Assembly (NCBI RefSeq): GCF_006345805.1
Contig: NC_043001.1
Location: 496,001 to 560,000 of the forward strand
DNA length: 64,000 nt
From: Octopus sinensis
Lineage: Eukaryota
Direction of reading: 5' to 3'
The translations under genes and the position numbers were made by a program. Each line of letters starts with the position of its first letter. Position 1 is the first letter of the stretch. The notes beneath the pieces were generated by a model that did no database searches, was not told where the DNA came from, and saw nothing but the letters and a program-made list of their open reading frames with translations. This document shows positions 26,956-39,479 of this stretch, piece by piece.

Positions 26956-27107
26956 CTTGGAATTATAAACTTCATCGAAGTTATCTGAATAACGGTAAAG
27001 GTCTTTGTTGTAGTCCTGGCGCCATTGTCCCATCAGTGTTGGTGATTCTGATTTTACATCTTTCTTTTTCTCCATAGTGCTATCAGAATCTGTATAAGAG
27101 TCAGCAC
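26956..27107 (-). CDS. KIRREL: Kirrel-like gene, cytoplasmic exon
   Basis: Acceptor gtttttctgccAG and donor AAG|GTACGC. 152 nt, phase 1/0, in frame with the TM exon across a 24.7-kb intron. Encodes GADSYTDSDSTMEKKKDVKSESPTLMGQWRQDYNKDLYRYSDNFDEVYNSK. Confidence 0.8.
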
Positions 27108-27232
27108 CTGGCAGAAAAACGTGGCAGAAAAAAAGCAGTAATAAATTGGCTTAAAAGATCAAAAAAAAAATTGGTGCAGCATTTCTGATTAGTAAGGAGT
27201 TAGGAATATGCTGTAATAAAAATCGTTATTAT

Positions 27233-27341
<109 letters not shown>

Positions 27342-27353
27342 CATATGTGTATA

Positions 27354-27466
<113 letters not shown>

Positions 27467-27519
27467 GTATATATGTAAGTTATATGTATGTTTATATGTA
27501 TACACACACACACACACAC

Positions 27520-27885
27520 ACAACAAATCCTTTTCGAATGAGCAACACTGATTCCACTGCTCCATGCTTTGAAATCACTAAATATTAACTGCTATTGGAA
27601 CTCACACACCATGTACAACAAACTTTTTTACCACTTTTATACACCATTTTCCTTGAATAGTGGAGATGCAACTACAATATCATTATGTATTTTATTTCTA
27701 CTTTCATTCTCTTATTTCCCTCTATATTCCCCATCTTTTCCACAATAATTCAAACTCAAATATTTTTTCTCACCGTCTCTGATGAAGGGATATCCATAAT
27801 ATCCTAGAAACAGCTGTAAGACTGTTTCATTATAAATGTCCTGAAAACTCCTCACAGCCTTGGATTTCTTATCTCATTCTGTCTA

Positions 27886-27890
<5 letters not shown>
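27520..27890 (+). mobile_element. Penelope-like element 3' end / pseudo-LTR
   Basis: Lies between (TA)n/(CA)n arrays, carries a hammerhead motif and sits ~150 bp upstream of a Penelope RT fragment. Confidence 0.55.
27775..27822 (+). ncRNA. Type I hammerhead ribozyme motif
   Basis: Stem I GTCT/AGAC; core CTGATGA-A; stem II GGGATAT-ccata-ATATCCT; GAAA; palindromic stem III ACAGCTGT; GUA cleavage triplet at 27816-27818. Confidence 0.7.
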
Positions 27891-27939
<49 letters not shown>

Positions 27940-28029
27940 TAATATATATATCTATTTATGTATATGTGTGCCCGTATGTATATGTGTGTGTGTGTGTGTG
28001 TATGTATGTATTTAATGGGTATGTTGAAA

Positions 28030-28450
28030 GGTGTACAATAGATACAGATTTCCAAATATTAAAGGTAGTCTTTATCAGGATGATGCCCTTCATGTTGTCC
28101 TAGAACTGTCTAACTCTGATTTGAAACATACTAGGAAAGATTTACTTAAGTTTTTTGTTGACTTTAATTTATCTATAACAATCCCCAATAGCCATAAAAT
28201 TGCGACCTTTCTTGATGTCTCTTCAAATTTAAATCCGGCTTGATATTCATTCTTTCTGTAGAGCTAACAAATATCTCAAATACATCAATATGTGATCTAA
28301 CCATTCTAGATCTGTACTGCATAGTGTAATAATAATATTTTTATTGGAATTTTCTATCCTAGCCACTTATGAAGCTATATTTAATAACCATAACTCTTAT
28401 TATAACCAAGCCATGCTTGATAATAGCTTTATAACCCTGGTAAACATAAT
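28030..28450 (+). pseudogene. Penelope-like RT fragment
   Basis: SLYQDDAL...RKDLLKFF..FNLSITI....IATFLDVS...YIN..SNHS...YYNQAM matches the PLE RT C-terminal pattern (LYRDDGL, FLDV, YI..SNHP). Confidence 0.7.
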
Positions 28451-28519
28451 TATGGCAAGTGTAATAATATTAACAACTATAACAATAGTAGAAATAACAA
28501 TAAATCTGTCAACAACAAA

Positions 28520-31078
28520 AATACAGACGAATACAAATCTGTTAGCCTCAAGAAGCTATGTTACAAGCAATATTTTCATTCAGAGAACTTGGAGGCGGTG
28601 TTGTCTCAAAAAGTTAACCTTAAACAGACAGACCTGTCCCCTAATGTCAACATCCAAGCTCGTCATGCCTCAATAATAACAAAGCAAAATACACACTAGA
28701 TCTGCCGTTGCCTGAATCAACAAGGGTTGCACACCCCAGTGAGGAACCAGACAGGGTGCAAAAATCAGCTACTGGCTCAAATCTTCCTGAAACACAGAAG
28801 CTGGAAGTACCCCACAACTGGAATATTCCAGCAGATGGCCATCCACACTCATCATCAGACAACCAAAGGAAAAAGAATGAAAGATGGTCAAGGGGAGATA
28901 ATAAAGAAGTTCTTAGTGCCTTCTATTGTGCCATGTATTTCCCCACAAATAAATCTAAGACTGAACAAACCTCCCTAAACTGGAGAGCGAAGAACCTTGG
29001 AGTAAGACCCTACATCGACAGGAACAAACTTGCCAACTTCAGAAGAAACATTAAGAAAAAGAAATTACTAACTGAATTAGAGATTGACCAAATTAAACAA
29101 TCAGTAAGGGATAAAAGGAACGAAGTTGCAGCTAAAGAAGATACTACAGAGGAAATAATTATAGACCAACCCAGATCTGATAAAAATGCAGTAATGATAG
29201 AAAGAGTGAATGTAACTGATAAGCAGAATGAAACCAACGATAAACACCGAGGCAGATGAAAATCAAATTGATGAAGAAAATCACACAGAATTTGACCTAA
29301 CTGGACATGATTGAATGGTGGAAGATTAAAGAAATCAGTAGGAATGAAGATGACACTCTTCCAAAAACTGAAAGTAATTGGTAAAATCCACCTTGCACTT
29401 AAGGATATAATTTCAGCTAATGATGTTGATGTTGCCGATTTCAATCACCTGTACTATGCATCTGCAAAGATCTCTAAGTGGCGAAAAGATTAGAAGAACA
29501 ACATTCTCACAAAAAGCCTATTTGGCAAGAATGTATTCAACACCACATTCAGTTACTTAGGTCTGACATAGAATGTTTAAAAAACATTAAGTTTGACAAG
29601 AATATCAAAACCAACAAAAATCTGAAAATTAAAGAAAAAGTATAACATGAAAACCATCCTTGACATCGATATCACCATAGAAACTATAAAGGTATCTACT
29701 AAAGCTGCCCCCATAGCATGGTATGAAAAGCAGGTTAGATTCTTCAAGGACAACAACATGTTCAAAAAATAACCCAAGAAATCTTTAACGGAAAGATAAG
29801 GAAAATACCTGTTACAGTAAAGTCTGTCCCATCAAAAGAAGAAGTGCAAGAATCTTGGAATAAAATCTGGGCAGAAGAAAAGATACACAATAAAAGCATC
29901 CCTTGGATTCTTAGAATATCTACTGACTTAGACTCCTTAGAAGAGCAAAAGTGGGACGGTATCAATGTAGAAAATGTAAGATCTGCTCTCAAGAAGTCAA
30001 GCAAATGGAAGTCTCCAGGAAAGGATAAAATTCCTAAATTCTGGTTGAATGCCTTGTCAGAGAGTCGTGAACTGCTAACAGAACTTTACAACAATGTTTT
30101 GCAGCAACCTAATACGATTCCTTCTCAGCAAGTTAATGGCATTACATTCCTACTTCCAAAAAATGAAGAAACAAATGAACCAAAAAATGATAGACCCATA
30201 ACCTGCTTAACAACAATCTATAAAATACTAACATCTGTCTTGACTGAATAAACCTATAGCTTTTTTAAAAGAAAGTCTTATATTCCCTAATGAGCAAAAA
30301 GGATGTAAACGTGGGTCCTATGGGTGTAAAGATCAGCTACTCATCAATAAGATGATCTTGGAAGATTATCACAAATGACACAAGAACTTGTTGATAGCTT
30401 GGATAGACTATAAAAAAAGCTTTTGATAGTCTACCACAAAACTGGATTAAGAAATGTCTGGAAATTTATAAAATAGCATCGATTCTGCGAAACTTCTTGT
30501 CTGTAAGTATGAGATCTTGGAGAACCACTCAGACTTTGAACAGTGACAATGAATCTCTCAATGCTGGCAATGTAAGAATTTCATGTGGCATTTTCCAGGG
30601 TGACTCTCTATCACCTCTCTTCTTTTGTCTAGCCTTAATACCTCTCTCGAATGCTCAATGATGTACAATATGGCTAAAAGATGTTTGATAAAAATCTAAA
30701 TCATCTTTTTTAGATGGATAATTTAAAGCTCTTTGCAAAAATTGACCAACAGCTACAGGGCTTACTAGCAATTGTTAAACAATTCTGTGATGACATCAGG
30801 ATGCAATTTGGCCTCGATAAATGTGCAAAAGCTATCTTTATCAAAGGGAAAATGACAGAAACACCCAACGTTAATCTTGACCAACAGAATGTCATAAAGG
30901 AATTAGAACAAGCAGAGAGATACAAATATCTAGGGGTATTTGAAGGTGATGGAATTAAACATTCAATGATGAGGAAAGGGTAAAAAAAGAATGCTATCAC
31001 AGGGTAAGGGCAATACTCAAGACAGCTGAATGCAAGAAACAAGATTGAAGCGATCAATACTTTAGCCATACCAGTGAC
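28520..31078 (+). mobile_element. R4/Dong-clade (REL-type) non-LTR retrotransposon, 5' and RT part, pseudogenised
   Basis: N-terminal W..GDNKEVLSAFY domain. RT motifs QKGCKRGSYGCKDQLLINK, AWIDYKKAFDS, GIFQGDSLSPL, MDNLKLFAK, YKYLGV. Many stops and frameshifts. Confidence 0.9.
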
Positions 31079-31242
31079 TTAAATGTCTGTGTTGTATTAC
31101 ATGAAGATATTCCACTACTGCCCCTGCCACTTCCCCTCCGCAAACTTACATTTATGCTATAACATCTCTTATCCTTCACTTGCCCCTGGGATGCTGGGTG
31201 TGTCTTGGTGAGTGATTGTAACAAACATGCAGATTAAAAGTA

Positions 31243-31294
<52 letters not shown>

Positions 31295-31295
31295 T

Positions 31296-31828
31296 ATTGC
31301 CTTGATGCAGTACCAGGCAGTGGCTCTCATGGCTTCTGATCTTAACTAATTGGAAGTGTTATCATGTATATTGTTTTGTCCTTGTATAAAAGATGGGCCA
31401 CAGCAAATATTCTGCTCAATAGCACAGATTTGCTTCTCATCTGTTTGACTGTAACCAGTTGAGCATGTTGCTAAGCGGCTGATGATATGTACATCTCTGA
31501 TCATGAGCAGAAATGGTTGGGGAGCACCAAAGGTATGTGTTGAGGTTTGGATAATTCATCTCTGAAAACATGGGTGTTTCATTGAACATCATTATTCAGG
31601 GACCTTTAGAGTGGGATGGGCTACTCGACCTGATCAACATTTTAACTGGGCATCACCTGCAAGGTCATGTACTGTTTATCATGAGATGAGTTCATCATCT
31701 TGTGCATATATGGTTGTGATGTATATGCCTGTTATATACCCTTATCAGATGAGTAGTCATGATGGGTATACTGAGCTCCATAGATTTTATCCCAGTGTCA
31801 CCTTGATGGCATGCTCTGCTCTCTCCCT
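31296..31828 (+). mobile_element. Non-coding interspersed repeat (element X) flanked on both sides by (AAT)n
   Basis: Second diverged copy in reverse orientation at ~42345-42812, also next to (ATT)n. Confidence 0.75.
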
Positions 31829-31829
31829 C

Positions 31830-31860
<31 letters not shown>

Positions 31861-31891
31861 TAATAATAATAATAATAATAATAACAATAAC

Positions 31892-31934
<43 letters not shown>

Positions 31935-31944
31935 GTAAAAAAAA

Positions 31945-32706
31945 ACCCGAAACAGAGGCTCTAATCTGTGCTGTCCAAGAGCAAGCATTAAGAACGAATT
32001 ACATCAAATACAGAATAGACAACACATCAGGAAGTGATAAGTGCAGAATTTGTGAACAAAATGGCAAAACCGTATGACATATTACCAGTCAATATATGCC
32101 ACTAGCCCAGAAAGAATATATGAGACGTCATGACAATATAGCAAGGTTTGTCCATTGGACACTTTGCAACAAGTTCGGATTTGACAGAACAGAAAAGTGG
32201 TATGAACATAAACCCAAAGGCATCATCAAAAATGATAATGCAAAGATCCTATGGGATTTTATGATTCAGTGTGACCATGAGATAGAAAATAGGAAACCAG
32301 ACATAGTCTTAATTGAGAAAGAAAGCAAACGATGCTGGATCATAGATATAGCATGTCCAGCTGACAACAAGGTATGAAATATGGAAGAAAGTAAAGGCGA
32401 TAGATATGACATGTTAGCTTGGGAGGTTAAGCAGTTGTGGTCACTGAAAAAGGTGGTAGTAGTACCAATAATTGTCGGAGCCCTGGGAACAGTGAGTAAA
32501 AATCCTGAGAATTACATGGAAGAAATAGGGGCTGCATTAAGGGTGGAACACTTGCAGAAATCAGCACTGCTTGAAACCGCTTGAATATTCCGGATGGTGC
32601 TCGAAAAATAAGGGGTGTTACCTTAGTTCACTGGTAGTGAACAACTGACACCGTAGAACATCTCCAGTGTTAGAAGCTGTGCAAAGGCAATAAATAATAA
32701 TAATAA
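31945..32706 (+). mobile_element. R4/Dong-clade 3' part (CCHC region, REL endonuclease, 3' UTR, (AAT)n tail)
   Basis: KPETEALICAVQEQALRT; YMRRHDNIAR; ILWDFMIQCDHEIENRKPDIVLIEK...IIDIACP; VVVPIIVGALG...LQKSALLETA. Tail aataataataat at 32689-32706. Confidence 0.9.
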
Positions 32707-32894
32707 TCGTATTTCTCCCCTTAAAGTTGGTGATTTTATTCCTTTATACACTTGCTATTACTGACTCAGCAGCCTCTTCCTGCTGATGTCTATTATTAAA
32801 ATTAATGTGGACCATGTTGGTGGCAATAATATTGTATGCATTGATAATAGTAGCAACCACATTCCCTCTCTCTCTTTCGGAGAGGCACTGAGCA

Positions 32895-33068
32895 GCTATA
32901 CGCACACATACACACACGGCAGTAACTTCCACCTACCGAATTCAATCACAAAGCTCCGGTCGGCTCGGGGCTATAGTGGAAGACACCTACCCAAAGTGCC
33001 ACGCAGTGGGACTGAACCCGAAACCATGTAGCATGGAAGCAAGCTCCCTAACCACACAGCCATGCCCT
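32895..33068 (-). mobile_element. tRNA-derived SINE (5' part)
   Basis: Minus strand reads ggcatggctgtgtggttag (A box)...ggtttcgggttcagtccc (B box), then non-tRNA body. Confidence 0.7.
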
Positions 33069-33289
33069 AGCTATATTAAATGACAGCAACAAAAAGATGG
33101 GTATCAATATGACTATTCATTTTATTCTTAGCGATAGTTGTATTCAAGTGACTAATAATGATAGTCTGTGTAGTCACAACATGAATAACAGTATTTTGAC
33201 CGCTATTAATAGTTCAAGCCATAAAAATACTAGTTTAAACTTGAGCATGAATAATAACAATGAAAGGACTAACAGTTATTATAATTGAA

Positions 33290-33480
33290 TATGGAATAAA
33301 AAATGCAACCTGAGAATACCTGATAAATGCCAGTTGAATGGTTACTGCCAGAGGTATATATTGATCATAAATGTGTCATATACACAATAGAAAATAAAAT
33401 TCAAATAAGATATATATTGGTTCTTCTGTGGATTTTAAGAGGCACTTTTTAGCCCACATTAGCATGTACTTTACAACTAA
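33290..33480 (+). pseudogene. Penelope-like GIY-YIG endonuclease fragment
   Basis: CNLRIPDKCQLNGYC...IRYIGSSVDF matches the PLE CNC...CPL.G.C...YIG pattern. Confidence 0.5.
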
Positions 33481-33834
33481 ATGCAAAATATTCACTTCAT
33501 TAGCTAATCATAAAAAAGCAGCCAGTGTAGACTGTAAGGTGGTTGGCATTAAGAAGGACAAGTAAATTGAGGAACCATGCTAAAGCTGACACAAGAGCTC
33601 AATGCAGTTCTGAGCCTTGGTGGATCTGTCAGATTGTTTAATTAACGCAAACATGTAAAATGAACGATGATGATGATGATGATGATGGAGTGTCTGTCAG
33701 CTTCAGTATAGCTTTTATGATTGGGTGTTTCCTACTTATGTATGTATGTATGTATGTATGTATATATGTATGTATGTATGTAATATATGCATCTGCACAT
33801 ATATGTATATATGTATAAATATATAAATATATAA

Positions 33835-33910
<76 letters not shown>

Positions 33911-33914
33911 AGAG

Positions 33915-34262
33915 AGTCTGCTTAGATGAGATGCAGTTCGCTTTTGTACCAGGTAGAAGCACCACTGATGCTATATTCCTGGTATGGCAACTGCAGGAGA
34001 AATACCTAGCCAAAGATAAACCCCTATACTTGGCTTTTGTGAACTTGGAAAAAGCCTTTCATAGGGTCCTCTGATCCCTTATCTGGTGGGCAATGTGGAA
34101 GCTGGGGATTGACGAATGGTTAATAAGGGTTGTACAGGCCCTATACAGAGATGCCGTTAGTAAGGTTATGGTTGGCAATGAGTATAGTGAAGAATTCCAG
34201 GTATAAGTAGGGGTCTACCATGGATCAGCCCTCAGCACCCCCTTATTCATCATAGCCCTCCA
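33915..34262 (+). mobile_element. RTE RT fragment (motifs 2-4)
   Basis: [18 protein letters not shown]...[13 protein letters not shown]...GVYHGSALSTPLFIIALQ. Confidence 0.9.
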
Positions 34263-35056
34263 GTCTTCATCCATCTGCATCACATGACCATACTAGTGCA
34301 CACTGCATCTAATTCTTCTTATGTCCAACTTCTCCCTCAATACACCAGTGCTCTGCTGCACTTCACACTGACATTGCACATCCAATGGAGCATACCAACT
34401 TTATTTCTTTCCAGCTTTTGATTTTCTTCTGCATTCAGGACTCATGTCTCACTGCCATGCAGCATTGCAGTTTGTACACATGCATCAAACAATCTTCCCT
34501 TGATTCAAAGAGAAAGACCTTGGGTTGCTAAAAGAGGTAAAATTTCTCTGACCTTTCTCTATTATATTCTTAATTCTAGTAATTACACTTTCTGTACAAC
34601 ATCCTCCTCTGCTAATTAGGTCATCTAGGTAGCGAAAATTATCTACAACTTCCTGAGAGCCACCAGGACATTTGAAGATATCAGTTTCCTATGTATCTGT
34701 AGTTTGTATGGCATCTGTACATCTATCACATATGAACGCTACTTTCTCTGTTAATTTTCCAACTATTTCACTGCACTTTTCATGTGTCCATAGCTTGCAC
34801 TGGGTATACCAAATGGAATTTCTGCATAAACCCTTCCTACATACCATGCAGGGCCATTTACCTGAAGGGTGAAGGGTCCATTCTGATTTCTTGCTTATTA
34901 GGATTTTGGTCTTCACAATGTCTACTTTAAGACCCTTTCATTCTAGGTTCTCTTTCCACACCTGGAATTCCTTTTCTAATTCTATTTTAGATTCTGCTAT
35001 GAAGGCAGAATCCTTTGCATAGTTTTAAATTCTTCTTGTTATGGCCTGGAGGACGA
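34263..35056 (-). mobile_element. RTE RT fragment in inverted orientation, continuing the previous fragment
   Basis: Minus strand starts FIVVLQAIT at ~35056 and runs through the PHD-like finger to YGHVMQMDED at 34263. Confidence 0.85.
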
Positions 35057-35185
35057 CGATGAAATGGGGGGGGGGACACCTACCTGTACACTAAATTCAC
35101 CACTGTACCTATGGCTAACTCTTACTTATTAATAACACCCTGTTCATGGCCTGTGTATATATACATATAAATATGTGTATATTCA

Positions 35186-35228
<43 letters not shown>

Positions 35229-35608
35229 TTTATTTCCAAGAGATAAAATTTTCTCTATATATTTAGGACTCATCGAAATGCTCAATATATTTGAGGCACA
35301 GGAAAATAGGAAAAGTAAGGATGAGAGACAAAAGCTAGGTTCCTAAAATGTATTTTGTTGTAAAATTATTGTGTAATAAATCATGTACTCAAAATATATA
35401 GATATATAAATACACTTAAAAATGTATTAAATATAAATCTGGACAATAATAGTACAACAACTACTAATGACTCTCCTATGCTAAGTAATTCTAAAAGGAT
35501 AACAGGATCTTGCAACCTGGGTCACCAAATACTGAATATCAGTTTCAACAGAACCATCCAGTCCAACTGTGTTATGAACTCCGACTTAGACTCAACCTTA
35601 CTAATGAC

Positions 35609-35658
<50 letters not shown>

Positions 35659-36343
35659 CCCCAGCATGGCCACAGACCAACGACTGAAACATGCTGGGGC
35701 ACTACCTTAAAGGATTTTAGTCAAACTAATTGACCCCAGTTCTATTTTTAAAAACCTGATAAGCTGGGGAGCCGCACCAGCTTCCAATCTGATCTGGCAT
35801 GGTTTCTACAGCTGGATGCCCTTCTTAATGCCATCCACTCCAAGTGTGTAGTGACTGATTTTTATGTGCCACCAGCACAGGTGCCAGTTACGAAACATCA
35901 CCATCAGCCATGACAATGATCTCACTTGGGTTGACAGGCCTTCTCATTCTTATATATATATATAATAAAGGATAAAACTGTTATGGATTTTATCAGTGGC
36001 CAGCATATAATATAGAGATTTATAAAAGTACGAAATACAATTATAATTATGGACATAGAAGAGATTGTGCCTATGCTGAAAATAGATGCCAAATCATCAA
36101 ACCACTTAAAAATTACCACTGAGGAAAAGTTATTGGACTAGTCCAGAAATTGATCAATCCAAAGCTAACTAATTTATGAATTTCTGTGAGCCTACTCCCT
36201 TGATTTCAACATGTTGGGTATTATAAAAGTGATCATTTTTAAGTGGTTTGATGATTTGGTGTCTATTTTCATCATAGGCGTAGTCGCTTTTATGCCCTTA
36301 ATTATAATTGTATTTTATACTATTATAAATCGATATACATACA

Positions 36344-36411
<68 letters not shown>

Positions 36412-38202
36412 TTAATAGGGATCAAGTAGATCATGGTCATTAGCTCATTTGCAACCATTATACAATTCAATTGGTTAGTGTAGAACGATCTAAGGAATAT
36501 TAATAGATCAATAAAATTATTAATCAATGTCTAGAATTCATTTTGTCCAATTACAAAATTTGTTATAATTTTGACAAGATGACAAGTGCTGCACATCTCC
36601 AGTTCCAGTCGCAATGTACATTGCACAGTATGTAGTAAGTGTACATATATAAAATGACCAGAATGGACAATCACAGTCCAGTGTGGTACAGGTTTCAGAA
36701 GTAAAGTATTCATCAATTACATGTGTATTACTTCATAATATAATTTCCCTCCATCTCAGGTATGGAACTGCCAGTTAACAAAATTGATCATGCTTACATT
36801 CAAACTGTAATCACATCAAATACACATGTCACTCTGAACTGTGGCTGTCCATTCTTGTTGTACATATACATATGCCTACATGCATATACTAGCAGAGAGA
36901 TTTCCTTCTGGGCAATTTTCTGCTGGTCGCTGAATGATATTTACACATTTGATTCCCAGTTTGTATAATTTTATCTATGTTATATCTAATTTTCCTTAAT
37001 ATCATTATTTGTCTAATATTATCAACTAAGTTAGAAAATACATTAAAAATTATACCAAGCATTCAAAGACAGTATTAGAATCTATGAAGAAATCAGTCAT
37101 TATGTTGACTTAATTTAGTCATGATAATCTCTCTCTTTTATACAAACTCACAGATAGCCTATCCTCTATCTGGTTATTTAGAAAAATAGAAATAACAGGG
37201 ACCATGCGTGTATGTTCCATGGCCTATAATAGCATGCCAAGCAGCCATACCGACAAATTCAGCTCTGATAATTCTTTTTTTCTCCCACACTGAATCTTTG
37301 GAAAATTTCAACTTTATTGAAAATATTCCTTTATCGAATTGGAGAAGGGAAATGGTGGAATTGTCCTCAAAAGTAATTTTTTAAAACATAATTGTAATCA
37401 ACATCATGAAAACATGAAAGTTATGAGGAAGCAAAAGTAAGTTATATGAATTCTCTAAATCTCCGCCCTGCTCCAAAATAAAAAAAAAATCTTTTTACAA
37501 CAAATTCCAATATAATCGTAATCTGCACAACATGAAAACCATTTTTCAGAAAGTTATGAGTAAAGACAGTTGGATGGGGAGGTACTTCAGTTGAAAGAGA
37601 ATGAGACATGGTTATATTTGGCACAATTAACATTAGTAAATTAACATCAGTTTTCTTATTCAGATTTCAACAACACCTAACAAATTTGAAGGATTACTGG
37701 AATCAATATAATTTGGCTGATGCTGGATTAAACTTATGGTTTGGAGAAATATTCGGTCTGAGCAGTCTTGTAGACAGTAACTCTGCAAATACTTGTGCGA
37801 CCTTAACATTTCTAGACATATCAAGGGAAACATTAAAAAACACTTTCTTTCTGGTGCAAAATGACAATGTTACAATGAATAAAAGGTAGTTTTGTGATTG
37901 CACCAGGAATGGCAAAAGGTTTTTGAATACCACCTTTGGATAAAAACAGGAATTTATATGAATTCTCTAGACACTGCAAGCTATAATAATTGCTTACGTA
38001 CTCCAAACTAATTAACAAACACCATTCTTTATTATGTATATGTTCATGATATTCCCAAGAATAGTGGGCAGGGGAAAAGAGGGGGGAGAGGGAGATATAT
38101 GAATACATGTATTACAACTTTAATCTTTATGCTCCCCAACACCATTGACTGTTCACCAGTACATCATCGTTAAATGATGATGATGATGGATGTATATAAG
38201 TA

Positions 38203-38964
38203 CAGGGTTTGGGCTCAATTTGAGGATCTTTTTCCTGTATTCTTTTTACAGGAACAACTTGATCTATTGCTGAACAGTCAATGGCGTTGGAGAGCATAAA
38301 GATTGAAGTTGTAATTGAGAATCAGCTGAACATTGGTAAAGAGTTACCTGTATCATGAGGATTTGCTGACTTCATGAGTGCTGCTGCTCAAATGCTCTGT
38401 GAACACCTTAAAGGTTGTGAGACATGTACAGCCAAAAGGGGGACTACAAAGCTGAGGCCAGCTGGAAGCAGCACAACAGATGTTCGGACTGCATCTGCAT
38501 GGCCAAAATTCATCTAACAACTGTTGGTCAAGGTGATGAAAGATCCGAGCAAGGGAATCTAGGCTTTGGTGAGGGAGTTAGTCACCACCATGAAGTTGAA
38601 TAAGGATCTTTGCTACCATTCATACAAGAAGTGCACGAGCCAAATTCCAACAGCCAAGGAGAACTAGTTGATGAGAGCAAAGGAGCTCCTGAACAAGATG
38701 AAGCATCCTATAGAACCAGGGATGATCTGCAACACCAAGCTGAGCTAGCGGTCAAAGATCTTCCCTGGGACACAGTGAGGAATGCATGCTCCAGATTCTG
38801 GAGCTGTCTTGAGACCATGGTGGAATCTGATGGTGGCCAGTAATTTGTTGTCTCAACCATAATCTAGTTGATAGGTTTTGATTGCTTTTGAAATGCTTTT
38901 ATTTTTGGCTGGGATATCTTCTTTTCCTTTTGTGCAAGCTGTCAAATTTAGCCTCAACATTCTG
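38203..38964 (+). mobile_element. Internally deleted IS630-Tc1-mariner element (DD37D/maT-like)
   Basis: TA flanks and degenerate TIRs (cagggtttgggctcaatttga / gtcaaatttagcctcaacattctg). RAKELLNKMKHP is joined directly to the C-terminal ACSRFWSCLETMVESDGGQ*. Confidence 0.7.
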
Positions 38965-39405
38965 TATATATATATGTGTGTGTGTGTGTGTTTTATATAT
39001 ATATATACAAGTATCAAATATTAGTGATGGAAGGAGAATTAATACCAAAAGGTAATCTTTATGTCCAACTTAATGTGGATGTCTTGTTAGAACACTGAAT
39101 ACAACATTATTAACCTAGAGAGATCCTCTCGTATATGTGCTTTATGTATAAAAGAACACACATAAACTGTAGAAGATGAGACTCGTCTGTCATGGGCAGC
39201 AGAACTTCCATATACGATTCCATTCTGCTGGAAATCATCAGTGGGAGGTGTCTGTCACCAGATGCCAGTCAAATCTTGCTGCTACGATATACAGAATGTC
39301 AGCATCTTTTCAGATATTGATGTTGCAAATAGCCAGCAGGCTATTATTATTGATGAAAGCATGTGTGTGTGTGTGCGTGTGTGTGTGTGTGTGTGTATGC
39401 GTGTG

Positions 39406-39440
<35 letters not shown>

Positions 39441-39479
39441 GTGTTTGTGTGTGTGTGTTTTAGATTCTGCTTCAGCAGA

